From positions 144,398,001 to 144,462,000 of the forward strand of contig NC_043000.1 in NCBI RefSeq assembly GCF_006345805.1: a DNA stretch of 64,000 bases, given 5' to 3'. This stretch comes from Octopus sinensis (lineage: Eukaryota). Position 1 is the stretch's first letter, and every line of letters begins with the position of its first letter. The position numbers and the translations under genes were made by a program. Shown here piece after piece: positions 38,950-52,226 of this stretch. The notes under the pieces were generated by a model, which saw only the letters and a list, made by a program, of their open reading frames with translations, did no database searches and had not been told where the DNA came from.

Positions 38950-39131
38950 AGGCGGAATCGTTAGCACGACGTACAAAGCACATTATGTTTGTCTTTACGT
39001 TGTAATTTCAAATTCTGCCGAGGTCTACTTTCATTTCAGGGTCGATGAAATAAGTACCTTGTTGGGGCGATATAATTGACCTTCCCCATTCTCCAAAATT
39101 GCGGGCCTTGTATCAAAATTTGAAATCAATA
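38950..39131 (+). mobile_element. SINE family A
   Basis: GAATCGTTAGCACG..TTTACGTT..CAAATTCTGCCGAGGTC..GGTCGATGAAATAAGTACC..CAAAATTTGAAA. Confidence 0.7.
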
Positions 39132-39764
39132 TTATAACCTTAATGAATTTGAATTAAAGTGAACAAATACTAAAACAATACGAAATAATAAACGTGTTGT
39201 TTACGTTAGTTACGAAATGATGGAATTTTATACATATTGATTTTGGAAAGAAATCCTGAACTTTTCCCGATAATCATACCCGTTGATAATCGTTCAGAAT
39301 TTCCATTTGAACAGGATTAAAATAAACAGGAAAAAAAGATTCATTCTCTTTCAAACTCTTTCGCCTACTCAGTTAAAGAATGTTGTTCTTTTGAACTTTT
39401 TGAAGTAAATGAAAGAAAGTAAAGGCGGTGTGAGTGTTCTAACCTTTCCTGCGAGTTCGTTTACCGCTATCATGCAAGATATCATGACATCATTGCATGA
39501 TACTTTATGTGCATTTTTTTTTTCCATTTATTTGGATGATTTCACTGAATAACCTCTTAATATTGAACCAGAGTCATTTAAGAAAATATGAGAAAAATAA
39601 CATTGTTTTCCGGCAGAAAGTTTGAAAACCTGTAAAGTATTGTGCACCATAAATCATACAAAAAATTATTGTCTTCAACTAACAAAATACATGCATACAT
39701 AATGCACACGCACACACGCACAGACACACAAACACACACACACACACACACACATATTACTACG

Positions 39765-39826
39765 GCACTCCATCGGTTGCGACGATGAGGGTTCCAGTTG
39801 ACCCAATCAACGGAACAGCCTGCTCT
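39765..39826 (-). mobile_element. Tail fragment of SINE family C
   Basis: Reverse complement GAGCAGGCTGTTCCGTTGAT..CTGGAACCCTCATCGTCGCAACCGATGGAGTG matches 45056-45116. Confidence 0.65.
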
Positions 39827-39844
39827 TGAAACAAACATATATAC

Positions 39845-39884
<40 letters not shown>

Positions 39885-39899
39885 ATAATGAAATAGCGC

Positions 39900-40610
39900 A
39901 ATAAAATAAATTATTATTACCAGTAGCCTAGCACAAAAGACGAGTTAGTCATTAGATTATATATTTTTCGTATAGAAATATAATAAAAGGCTTCCAAATA
40001 AGGAAGCGTAGTGCTAGAAACACAAAAAAGGGGATAAATTCATGAAAGGAATGAAAATTAAAAACATTTACCATCTCAGCTATATCCCACACCGAACGGT
40101 TTCTACCTCTTTTTTAGCAATCACACAGAATATGTTTGCCAGGCCAGGTTCTTCAGTGGGAAGCCTTCGTAATCCTAGACGCAGACAGTTAGAAGCAAAT
40201 GTAGATCTAACGGTTTGTATATCCTAACTTTTCAAACCTCTGCGCAGACGCAAACCATGCCCGGCGAACAGAGAGGATGCCGGTACAAGATTTACGAACA
40301 AATTTATCAAGCAATATTTAAAAATAATTAAATAAGGTAATAAAATAAATTATTATTACCAGTGGCCTAGCACAAAAGACGAGTTAGTCATTAGACTTTA
40401 TATTTTTCGTCTAGGATTACGAAGGCTTCCCAATGAAGAACCTGACCTGGCAAACATATTCTGTGTGTTTGCTAAAAATAGGAGAAACCGTTCGGTCTGA
40501 GATATAGCTGAGATGTTAAATGTTTTTGATTTTCATTCCTTTCATGTATTTATCCCCTTTTTGTGTTTCTTGCACTACGCTTCCTTATTTGGAAGACTTT
40601 TATTATATTT
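39900..40610. repeat. Duplication with inversion: A-B ... A-B(inverted)
   Basis: A is 39900-39971 and 40339-40410 (direct). B is 39976-40181 and 40408-40610 (inverted, about 90% identical by eye). Confidence 0.92.
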
Positions 40611-40627
40611 ATATATATATTTATATG

Positions 40628-40682
<55 letters not shown>

Positions 40683-40705
40683 GTATATATATACATATAT
40701 ATATA

Positions 40706-40738
<33 letters not shown>

Positions 40739-40742
40739 AATA

Positions 40743-40775
<33 letters not shown>

Positions 40776-40825
40776 CGAATGTATGTATATATGCATATAT
40801 ATGTATACATATATATACATAAAAA

Positions 40826-40985
40826 CGATGGGCTTCTTTCAGTTTCCGTCTACCAAATCCACTCACAAGGCTTTGGTCGGCCCGAGGCTATAGCAGAAGA
40901 CACTTGCCTCTGGTGCCATGCAGTAGAACTGAACTTGCAACAATGTGGTTGGTAAGCAAGCTACTCACCACGCATCTACTTCTGC
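40826..40985 (-). mobile_element. SINE family B, 5' part
   Basis: GGGCTTCTTTCAGTTTCCGTCTACCAAATCCACTCACAAGGCTTTGGTCGGCCCG matches the 22.9- and 30.1-kb copies. Confidence 0.85.
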
Positions 40986-41003
40986 GACTATATATGTATG
41001 TAT

Positions 41004-41038
<35 letters not shown>

Positions 41039-41227
41039 AAAGGTCAGCAAAACAATTTAGATGCAAATGAATACGGCACTTCATTTAGATGCACCAGAAT
41101 TTTTTATGGTATTACCCATAAAAAACTTGACATATTATAATTGCTGTAATATTTGCAGCTTTAATAATTTGTTATAGTATGAAACAATTGTACTAAATTA
41201 CCGGATCCATTCTTCTGGCTTATTTTG

Positions 41228-41269
<42 letters not shown>

Positions 41270-43089
41270 AGATAAAAATCATTACATATGTTCCTTTATT
41301 GGATCAAATTTGGCTTACAGCTGTTTCCAGTAATCCTTATAGGTACATTACTGATAGTTTTACACCGTTGTTTTATCTATCAATTGAGAAAAATTCAACG
41401 ACAGAAGGAAAATGATGCTAATTTCATCCGAGGCATTTCTGGTTCTAACAAGCAGCGCACTGAAGAAATTAACCTATCGCTTTGTGCATAAACCAATTTC
41501 TCTGGAGCACATCCAAGGATTTACAGCACGGATTTGTGATGAAACATAGCCTTGGAACCTATCATAAGAATACTTTGAGTATTCTTCGCTAATCTAAATA
41601 ATAACCTTAGCGTGGTAAGCCAATAGATGAATTATGAAATATTTTGCCGGAAATGACAATCCCTCACTATTAGATGGGTGTGTTTCTGTACATGTTTCTC
41701 TCGCTGCGCACACTCCCACAAACATGCTCACATATATATTTGACTAATTAAAGTCTAGTGTGTTTATTGAATGCCATACATGGTGAAAATTTGATATCCT
41801 GCACTTTAGGATTCAGTACGTCAGCATTCTGAAAATATGTAATAATATCTTGAATTTTCTTTTGTTAAATGGTGTATTTGATTTGTGGCAAGTTCTATTC
41901 ATAAAAAAATATATCCTTCTGAATAATCAGAAACCATTTGAATGCTATAAGTATTATTTGTATAACAACTCAAACTATGAACGGTCCAGTGAACGTAAAT
42001 TTGCTAACAATAAAAACAGTTTTTAATTTCATGGGTAATTATAATTACTTAAAAACCAATTTGTTCAGCAAAAGATTTCCGGGTAAACTTGATATCTTGC
42101 AAAACAAATAGAATACGATGATTTCATAAATGGATGATTTATAAAATACAGACATGGTTCTTGAAACTTTAATCGTTACAAAACAACCAAAAGTTGTCTA
42201 TTGCAGCTCTTTTATAAACTAAGAGCTTAAAACCTATCTTTTATGTACAGAGATGTTTGTTTGATCATCCAAGAGAAATTCAGAGTATGATGACAATATG
42301 TTTGCGTTTATTTATGCCTGTGCATGCGTGTGTGTGTGTGTGGTTGTGTGCGTGCGTGTGTGAGTGTGTGAGTTCGCACACCTAACTAGGGAAATATACT
42401 CCTCATTTATGTGATATTTGTCACGATTTTTCATAGTTCGATTTCTAGATCAATGTCAATATTTAAAGAAAAACAATTTAGATTTTCTTTTTTATTTACT
42501 TTTAGAAATAATGTAAGAAGAATGAAATTCAATCTAAATATAATCAAGTTAATGAGTGCATCGATTGGGCCACTATTATCTTACATAATTGTTTCATTCA
42601 TGTTTCAAATATATTCAATCAATTGATCTACTTAATTGTACTTGATCGAAAATATGTTCTATAATATAAACAATAATTTTTAAACTTTATTAAGAAAACA
42701 ATAGCCTGATATTTAACAAGATAAGTAGTATAATTTTATTATCAATGTGAATGAAAAAGAGGAGGTGACGTGCTGAAAATGGCGTATTTTTTGGAATACG
42801 ATATTGGAAATTAATGTGGTGGAATCGTTAGCTTTTACTGAGACAGATTGAAAAGAATTTCCAAACGGTATATATATTTATTTTCTACAGTGCAAATTCT
42901 TAATATAACACGAGGTTAAATATATATATAGTATAAGAATTCACCATTTACAAACAGAAATTATGATTTAGGTAAACCTCCCTAAACAATATTTTTCAAA
43001 TTCAAAATAAAGTTGACAGTACTGCTCTATATTTCTGGGATGAGTTTTATATTACATCACCGTTTATATTAGTTGCAATGTTGTGCTCA

Positions 43090-43450
43090 TCTTGATTGTT
43101 GCTTTCACTTCGATTCGGTTGTTTTACGCTCCAGCCTTCTTCAGGTGCCTTGTAATGAATAGAAGGGGTAATGTTTTGGGAATAGAAGGTTTAAATCTTA
43201 TGCTTTCCAACTTGTCCTGTTTCCATGCTTCGATTCTATTCATTTTAGTTTATAATCCGCTTTTTCTGCTTCTGCTCCTTTCTGTTCTTTCCTTAAGGAA
43301 TACCTATTCTGCTAGAAACTACGACCCATCCTTCATAAGTCAATGTTTTCATCACGTATGTTTAGTCTTTATCTTAGTGATAAGGGAATCTACTTTCTTA
43401 GTGATATCTATCAAGTTTTAATGTTTCTAATATATTCCGTCTTCTTTACT
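43090..43450 (-). mobile_element. Degenerate Penelope-like 3' end
   Basis: Minus strand CACCTGAAGAAGGCTGG..CAACCGAATCG..GTG..CAAGATGAG resembles 28508-28550. The upstream sequence is only weakly ORF-like. Confidence 0.45.
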
Positions 43451-43969
43451 TATTAGTTTCTACAGATCATCTAAAATCTGATCTTCCCCGTTGAAGTCGA
43501 TCGGCTCAGTTTTCACTTCCTGATTGATAGTGCTATTATTATGTTTTTAATATTGTGTAGGCCCTTTCCCGGATTGAACTGTATCACTTATGCATCTAGC
43601 TTCATCTTTATTATTTTCTTTCTTTCGATGTTCTACCTCTAGGACTTTCTCTTTTAGTTCTCTACCGATATCTTCCACCTCTAATTCTTTCATACTCAAA
43701 TTTCTACAAATTACGTTCGCCTGGTTCACTAGGCCCGTTCTATTGCATCAGAAATTGCTATCTTTAACAAAAGTCATAAAATGTCTTTACTGTAACCCGT
43801 TACTTTGGGTTCACTTTCCCAGTACCATTCCATCACTACACTACCCTCTTCTCTTCACTTGTCTATTTCCATCTCATCAGTCTAGTATGTTCTGAGACTG
43901 GCTTAGGATACCGATTAAAGTTAATCTTCTTCTTTAGTAGAAAAGATAATAAATATAATCATTATTATT

Positions 43970-44001
43970 AATATTAATATTATTATTATTATTATTATTA
44001 T

Positions 44002-44040
<39 letters not shown>

Positions 44041-44100
44041 CAGCAGCAGCAGAAGTAGCCGTGGAAGTACTAGTAGTGGCAGCAGCAGTAGTAGTTTGGT
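43970..44100. repeat. Compound (ATT)/(AGT)/(AGC) microsatellite
   Basis: Directly visible. Confidence 0.95.
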
Positions 44101-44798
44101 AGCTCGTTTCGTGATTATTCAGAATATGGAAGACGTCGCTCATAACTGAATGTGTTGATCCCTTCTATGTACTAATTACTCAGTTTTTGTAGATGCTGGC
44201 ACTAAACCGACTTTTAAGTTTACAAATCTGTATACTGTATCTGTATTGAGAAGTTCCCTTTAACTTCTGTACTTTGTACAAATTTTTATCCATTGATTCA
44301 ATATTATTTGCACGGTCATAATTCCTATATTTCTCAATCATCTATTTCTTTGGCATCGTGCGCATTTTCTCACTTTTTCTCGTTAATAAGTGTCAATAGT
44401 TCTCATATTAAGTCTAAATCTGAGGTAAACATGTTTCTTTTTATTAGCCATATGTGTAGGTGTTTAGCATTTGCTTCAGAACTCTCGAGTGCATACTTAA
44501 ATGAAATATGACAGCGTATTCTCATTCCTTTGTAGTCTAAATAGTCTTAGCCCGAAACAGCATGCTTTAGATAACGTTATATATAATTCTCATAGGTAGC
44601 TAGCAGGTTTTCAAGCCTACGCTTCTCAGTAAACAACGGCTTTCGCATGTTTTTTTCTACTCCACGAGCTTAACAAAGTAATATACATGACAATTAGAGA
44701 TTATGATGAAAATGATTATGGCGAGAGAATTGAAAATACTATTGGGAGATAGAGGTTCTGATACTAATTCAGTATTCATTATAAGAGATTTTTGTGAA

Positions 44799-45118
44799 GG
44801 CGCGTGGCTTAGTGGTTAGGGCATTCCACTGACGATTGTAAGGTCGTGAGTTCGATTCCCGGCGATGCATTGTGTCCTTGAGCAAGACACTTTATTTTAC
44901 GTTGCTCCAGTCCACTCAGCTGGCAAAAATGAGTTGTACCTGTATTTCAAAGGGCCAGCCTTGTCACACTCTGTGTCACGCTGAATCTCCCAGAGAATTA
45001 CGTTAAGGGTACGCGTGTCTGTGGATTGCTCAGTCACTTGCACGTTAATTCCACGAGCAAGCTGTTCCGCTGATCGTATAAGCTGGGACCCTCGTCGTCG
45101 TAACCGACGGAGTGTTCC
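44799..45118 (+). mobile_element. tRNA-derived SINE family C, near full length
   Basis: A box TGGCTTAGTGG, B box GTTCGATTCC, then TGTGTCCTTGAGCAAGACACTT..TTGCTCCAGTCCACTCAGCTG. Confidence 0.85.
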
Positions 45119-45188
45119 TATACATATATAAGAGATTTCAAATTCCTGAGCATGTAATATATTTACATACATTATCATATATATACGT

Positions 45189-45370
45189 GGACGCGCGTGG
45201 TTTAGTGTTTAGCGTATTGAACTCATGATCGTAAGGTTGTGGTTTCGTTTCCTAGACCGGGAGATGCGTTGTGTTCTGCTGGCAAATATGAGTAATCCTG
45301 CGATGGACCAGCGTGGGGAATTTCTACGCTGTTGGAAGGAGAAATTGGCTCGAGAAGGAACATCAATTTT
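45189..45370 (+). mobile_element. tRNA-derived SINE related to family C with a different body
   Basis: Similar head (GCGCGTGGTTTAGTG..GTAAGGTTGTGGTTTCG), then ATGAGTAATCCTGCGATGGAC. Confidence 0.65.
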
Positions 45371-45679
45371 TTTATCATATATATTCATATATGTGTGCGT
45401 GCGTGCATAAACATGCATGTGTGAGGGAGAAAGAGTGTGTGTATGTGAGTGTGAGTATGTCTAGCGAATGGACACTGTAATTTCGACCAAAAATTAAAAA
45501 CACTGACTGTTTCTACAGGTTGCTTTCGGTTGTCCTCTGGATTCGCACACGGCCTTTATGAAAGTCACTCGTCAAATTCTGCATCTTAGATAAACTCCGT
45601 TCAACGCAGATAAATCAGGAAGTTTGTTTTGTTATATCGAGACAGTATATTTATAGCGCAATTAGAAATATTTAAAACA

Positions 45680-45800
45680 TAGGTGCTTTAGAAATGTGCA
45701 ACCATGATCGTAAATTCTCGATTCCTCAACCTGGCAATGCGTTATGATCTTGATTGAAACATTTCATTTTACGTTACTCCAGTCCATTCAGCTAGTGCAG
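45680..45800 (+). mobile_element. Old SINE family C fragment
   Basis: CATGATCGTAA..TCGATTCC..ATGCGTT..TTTTACGTTACTCCAGTCCATTCAGCT. Confidence 0.55.
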
Positions 45801-46698
45801 AGTACCATATATACGGCGTCCTGTCGAGTGTGCCATATATACGTCACATAAGCATAGGAAAACAGCCTTATTTGCCTATGAATCAGGACGGACCATTAAT
45901 GTTTTTAAATAAATAAAAGACATTTCTAACGTGGACAATGTTACCAGCATTATAGGTCCTCAATGCATATCAAATCATGGGTCCCAGTAGCACTGATTGA
46001 CAGCAAGGCACAGCATAAATAGAATTGAGCAGCCAAACTCGAACAATTCCTGAGCAACTGTTCTGTATGTCCGTGCCTTAAGTTAGCGTTGTCTCTAACA
46101 GAGTATCATGACTTTTTTTTTTATCTCAACGCTTTCAGAGAGATAACAATTCTGTAACTTTTACTTGGCAGCTGTCAAACTATCTTCTCATACTCTCACT
46201 CCCCCCCTCTCTTATTCCCTCCCTATCTCAATCCTTCCCTCTCTCACCCTCTCTTTCTCTCTCTTTCTTTCCTTGTTTCTTTCCTCTTGCCATCAGTGGC
46301 ATGGTGAAAGCATTATCAATTATCAATCTTCTTTCACATTAACTTAGTTAATAAGACTTTTACAACTCTCATGACAGCGATTCTCTAAAACGCTGACATT
46401 TCTAATCTACTTCTAATGCGTAGAAGTTGTGAATAAATTTAGGAACAGTTAACTAAAATCTATGTTAATAATGAACTATTCCGTCTGTCAATTATACCAA
46501 GAATACTGTATTAACTATTACAGAGCATTTCATCAAATGCAAGCTTCTCACCTTGCTTCACAGCTTTATGTGACTTTGGCTCTGGGTGAACCGCTGGTCG
46601 CTTTTGAGAAATAAAAGACGTGTCTTACCCGGGCAATATTATCAATTTCCAATTATAAATTTATATTAGGCAACCTAAGAATACATCATCTTAAAGAT

Positions 46699-46730
<32 letters not shown>

Positions 46731-46749
46731 AGCATAAAAGCAATCATTA

Positions 46750-46990
46750 AACAATTAGTAAATAACATTAGCTGGCTCGACTCCAATCTATCCAAAGATA
46801 GAGGTACGTTTGAAAAGAACCCCTATAAGGCTGTATTAGAAAGATCCAATTTCAGAAATATCATAAACTTCATTGAAACAAACCAAGAAGACGCAAAGAA
46901 AGGAAAAGCTTATGGTTTAACCGACCTTCTAGCATGAATATAGCTACCAACATAACAAGGAAATTCTTAAGACTAATCGAAAATCACACA
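46750..46990 (+). mobile_element. Penelope-like (Neptune-type) RT C-terminal/linker fragment
   Basis: YKAVLERSNF...LWFNRP.SMNIATNITRKFLRLIENH resembles the IIWFNPP.S..V.TNI...FL.L...H motif. Confidence 0.65.
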
Positions 46991-47009
46991 ACTGCCATAA
47001 GATCAATAG

Positions 47010-48240
47010 AAGCAGGGTTAAAGTTAGCTGCAGTTAGTTGCGTTCCTAATATACGGTCGATAATATGCAGCCACAATAAACATAAATCCACCGGGAATAT
47101 CCCTTCTCCGAAAGACACTTAATGTATGTTTATTCCTGCACGGTGAATCGTTAGAACAATTGATAGCATAGATCACGAGCAGCAGCACCGTTTGCCGACA
47201 CTCTGGATCTTTTGTTTGATTGTGGTATTTCGGCTTAAACGAATTTATTATATTCCTGCGATCTGAGCTTAGAGGTTTCATTGAGCCTTAGCAAATAGTG
47301 TACATGGGAAGACCTCGCTTTTGATATTCAACGGTGCTCACATAAAGGCAATGCACTTGCTAAATAAGCCATGTACTCCAGTAAGATACTTTATGACCAG
47401 TTTCTACTTCAGGTCAATTGCTGTGGCAGTTAAATCTGGCCTGTCATGTGACTTCTGTTTCAGGAATAGGTTTTGCCTGCCAATGTTGCAAAAGTCGCCA
47501 TCATCAATCAATGACGCAATGTAAGGGTTTATTGTCTGAATATAATTTCCAAAAATTCGACTATGCCACGCTTAATGTCATCATTATGGAGTATCCACAT
47601 CTTCAAATCGACACTATCCTGTAGATCTAAGAAGTAAATTTGAAGAAAGTGGGGTGCTCATTGTGATTAGGTGTTAATGAATCGATGTAATGATGAATGT
47701 GATCCTGAATAACGAAGTAAGGATTCCATCTACTGTTTGAGGAACGAACCTCTTGTGCTCTAAAAGATGTCATTTGGAACAGGCAGTTGTATCGTCTGAG
47801 GTTCTTCCTGAATTCATTTGCCGTAGGTAGATCAGTACTAAATAAATTGTGAAGCTCCTGGAGTAAATGCTGGAGATTTCCCAAACTGACTTTCCATACA
47901 GCAAAAATTAGCAGGTTCAACATGAAAAATAATTGAATAGCAATAGACGCAGATCTTTCTTAGACATTTGTCGAACATCAGGAGATAGATCCCGTCGTTG
48001 AATTGTTCTTAGTTTATTCGTAAGGTCTCTGGACTTCCGAATCATGATATTTCCTGCTTCTGTCTCTTTCCTTCTGTTCTGCCAGACACTCAGCTCTCCA
48101 AGCGTCCATTTCATGCTGTCTTCTGCTTCTGACACTTCCAACCTGTTCTGCCAGACGATAAGCAGTCCGAGCGTCCGATTAATTATGTCGCCTGATTAGT
48201 CACGCTCCCTTCGGATGTTTTCTTCCTTCCGGGTCGAGGA
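47010..48240 (-). mobile_element. Internally deleted Helitron Rep relic
   Basis: NEFRKNLRRYNCLFQMTSF...FVIQDHIHHYIDSL (ORF 47627-47923), RPDLTA, and HUH motif VEYQKRGLP(H)VH.LL (1-nt deletion near 47306). N-terminal repeated R..VWQNR units at 48060-48170. Confidence 0.85.
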
Positions 48241-48414
48241 ATGATGTAGGAGTAGTATAACTAATGAAATATTCTTCTTAAAATCAGCTGAACATACGTA
48301 AGGAAAATGGTCGTTGTAGGCAGAGAGAAATAGAAGAGTAATGACTGCAAACAAATAATAACGCTTAGATAGATGGATGGATGGATAGTCAGGCAGAGAA
48401 ACAGATATCAGACA

Positions 48415-48657
<243 letters not shown>

Positions 48658-48899
48658 AAATGTGCATTACCGTAACGTACTCTCTCTTTCTCCTTGGTTC
48701 ATAGGATTATGTTCAAGGTGGCTCCGCATTCACACGTGCTATACTTGCTACATTTACCCATCATTTCGTGAAACATTCATCAGACAAAGAGAGGCGATAC
48801 ATTTGATGGGGTCAAACAGTATAAAAATAAGATGTACAATTTTAAAAAGATTCTAATATAATGAAATCGAATGAAATTGGACAAAACAAAATCACATGT

Positions 48900-51125
48900 A
48901 TTATGAATTGGTGTGACAGATTCGACTGGGACCCCACAAACACCGCTCCACCACTGAGACTCTGTAACTCTTTTATGTAGCTTTCATGTTGCCACATCCA
49001 TTCACAACATTCGTGCAGCACTCTTCCATCTTTTTCCAAACACAACATCTCTCCAGTCCTATCTTCCTTTTCAGGTGAAAGGTGAAAAAAGTCACCAATG
49101 TCGGGCCAGAGTTGATATTGCTGGCCATGCATCTTTCATTCTAGTTTACCATAAAGTCTTTTTGCAATTTCTACTAAAATGAGAAAATAATTCTTACCTT
49201 TTTTTTTATTTAAAGATGTAGGTGCGTCAATTTTTACAGTTGACTCAGTGGACAGCTGTACACTTTTAGCACTTGACAAAAGTTGTTCGACATAAGCCCA
49301 CATACCGACACACCCGAATATTGCACATTCTCCTCCTGTTGCATTATCTCGCCTTGCATCTTGGGTAAGTCAGTGAGCAGGGGTAACCATGCCTTGTGAA
49401 CTTGTCACGGACAGGTAAGGCATATCGGTAACATTGCCAGGTCAGTGATTTCTGGACATCATCTAGGGTCCTCATCTCGAATGTTTTTCGGAACAGGCCG
49501 GTGAGATGATTATCAACACACTTCAACCCTACTAGCCCTCTATAGAACGACGAAGTTGAACCTTTACCGATAGTATTGCTCGAGCTATAGAATAGTGCAA
49601 GTGCCTTTCAGAACTCAGTGTACCACGTACACAAATTCGACCTACGATAGGTCCAGGATTCCAGTCCAGAAAACGTGTGAACTTGCGGAAACATCGATTT
49701 GGTGCACGGACTCTACACCAGATCACCATCCAGGTAGAGCATCAGCGCATGCCTGTGCATCATCAGCCGCGGAATCCCTACATATGAACGGTTTTTGGCA
49801 GCAAGTAGACCGCTTAGCAAGTGGTCGTCTGTCGTTCCACACACAGCGAAAGGGTACCCGTTCCAACTTGATCAGCCAGAAATCGAGACGAAGCACGACG
49901 GTTAGCGGTTTTAATCCCCGATGCAATAAACACATTGGTAACCTCTGCCCTCCCTTTCAGGAATAGCCACCGGCCAGATCAGGTTTAAGGTAGATGGACC
50001 ACCCTGATCAGTACCTTGCTCCAGTTCTTTTCTATCTGGAGGTATTGACCCAACCAGACCCCTAAAAGATTAACTAGCCCCTCCCCCCAACGTCGTACGA
50101 CGCTTCGGGTGGATCGGCTTGCCCCTCCAGGTGCCGAGTTGCAAGCCGAGTGACTTTTCAAGATTAACCTTGTCTCCTGCCACCGTATCATATTCCTTAA
50201 TGGCATCGTCTACCTTCTGTATCTGTTCCACTTCGGATACGATGATGGTGATGTCGTCCGCGTAAGCTGATACCGACATTCTGGCTCTCTCCGAATGCTT
50301 CTTTCACAGTAATGGCTCTAGAATCAATACATGCAAAAGTGGGGAGAAGTGGCACCCTTGACGAACCGATGTTTTGATGCAGAACGGCTTTGTAAAATAA
50401 CCGTTCACCCGCACTCTCAACTCGATGTTGCCATACGTGGTGATGATCCAGCTAAAGAATTTCGGACCCAAGTCGAACGCGGCGGGGACCGACATCAGGT
50501 ATCTATGGCCAAACCTATCAAAAGCCTTAGCTTGGTCTATTGTAGAGCACTAATCTACAGGAGCCACGTTTACAATGTATCCCCTCAAAGCTATAACATA
50601 TAAAGTGTAGATTGTCCTGAATGGATATGCCAGGGATATCTCAGGTTTGTGCTTGCCCAACGAGTCCATCCGCGACACGCATCAACCTTTTCGCTAAACT
50701 CTTGCCACAAATCTTTATCTCTGTGTATAAGTGAGTGAGGGGTCGAAAATTACCTAGTCTATCTCCCTTGTTCGAGTCCTTCCTAAGTAGTGTCACCAGT
50801 CCCCGACATGAGATCTTGGAATAAACCCAATCTACTGCCAGTTCGTAAAGACACCCGCTAGCAGGTTCCCGGACAAGTCTGGCATACTATGATATGATTC
50901 ATAAGGTAGACCATCAAGTTCTGGCGCTTTGTTCCCGCTACAGTCCACCGTAGCAAGCTTCACCTCCGAAATTGTGATTGGGCCTTCACAACTCTCCGCT
51001 TTTAACCGCGAGAGACGCGGTAGCTCAGCGGGGAAGTCCGTAAGGTCCCTCCAGTCCACCACTCGTCCCGAAACGCTAAGCGAAGAGCACCTGAAAGGCC
51101 GCACACATCTCCTCGGGTTCGTTTA
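48900..51125 (-). mobile_element. 5'-truncated L1/Tx1-like LINE ORF2 relic
   Basis: CEGPITISEV..NKAPELDGLPYE, VRVNGYF..VRQGCHFSPLL, SAYADDIT..KVNLEKS, LPVRDK..YPRC (CCHC remnant), FHLKRKI C-terminus; frameshifted. Confidence 0.9.
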
Positions 51126-52009
51126 CCAACTTATAATGGGATTGAATTCATTACTTCTTACATGCAAATAAATTTGATGAACTTTATGTGCTCTTTACGG
51201 CTAAGCATTCATTAATATTATTAAGAAAACGATACTTGAATGGGTGAGTTCATTTATTAACCTATTTTAAGAAAATAAATATAAACGTACGGTAATAAAT
51301 GTATATAAATGTCATTTCAATTCCGTTCTGTAATCAGAATAAATATGCACTCACCGTTCGTCATGGAAATAAGATGGATATTTTTCCTGTAAATATTTTA
51401 GTAATATTTCATTGTGCTATTACTGTCAACTCTAATGCAACAGCATTAGTATGTATCTGTGTTAGAATGTATATACTTTGCATTTCTTTTTGGATTTTCA
51501 TATTTTGATTAATATATATATATATACCTATCACCAGCACCTGCGTACATTATTTCAAAAGATAGCAGATAGCATAAAAATGCTACGAATCTAGCAATTA
51601 AAAAAGAACAAAAAAAAATTTAATTTCCACTATTTAATATATTGCGTTATGTTATTACTACACACTTATTTATTACACAGTAAAAACCCTAAAATATATC
51701 TTTATAATGTAAGAGGGAGTATTTTAGGAGTCAATAAGTTTATACAGCACTCCCGTCCTTTTCGTGTGAAATTAGTAACGCTTGCTGCTCAAATTTCTTT
51801 AAATTAATTTCTGGAAGAAATACGAAAATGTGGAGATAAATTAGATTATATCGGTATGATTATGTTCAGTTGGAAATCAAGGTCAACATTCATATGCATA
51901 CATAGAACTACATATACACGTACCTGTATGGAGAGGTCAAACATTTAGTGTGTGCGTTTCATTGGTTAACTATGATCTTCCCCAACAATAACAATATTTA
52001 TCTGTCTGT

Positions 52010-52012
52010 GTG

Positions 52013-52087
<75 letters not shown>

Positions 52088-52142
52088 GTCTATCTATCTA
52101 TCTGTCTACTTTTCTATCTATCTATCTATCTATTTATCTATC

Positions 52143-52225
<83 letters not shown>
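52010..52225. repeat. Compound (TATC)/(AT) microsatellite
   Basis: Directly visible. Confidence 0.97.

Positions 52226-52226
<1 letters not shown>

Noticed and set aside
46500-46600. FSH..QLYVTL resembles Helitron helicase motif FSHGQLYVA
   Set aside because: It is on the opposite strand to the Rep relic and adjacent helicase motifs are not recoverable.
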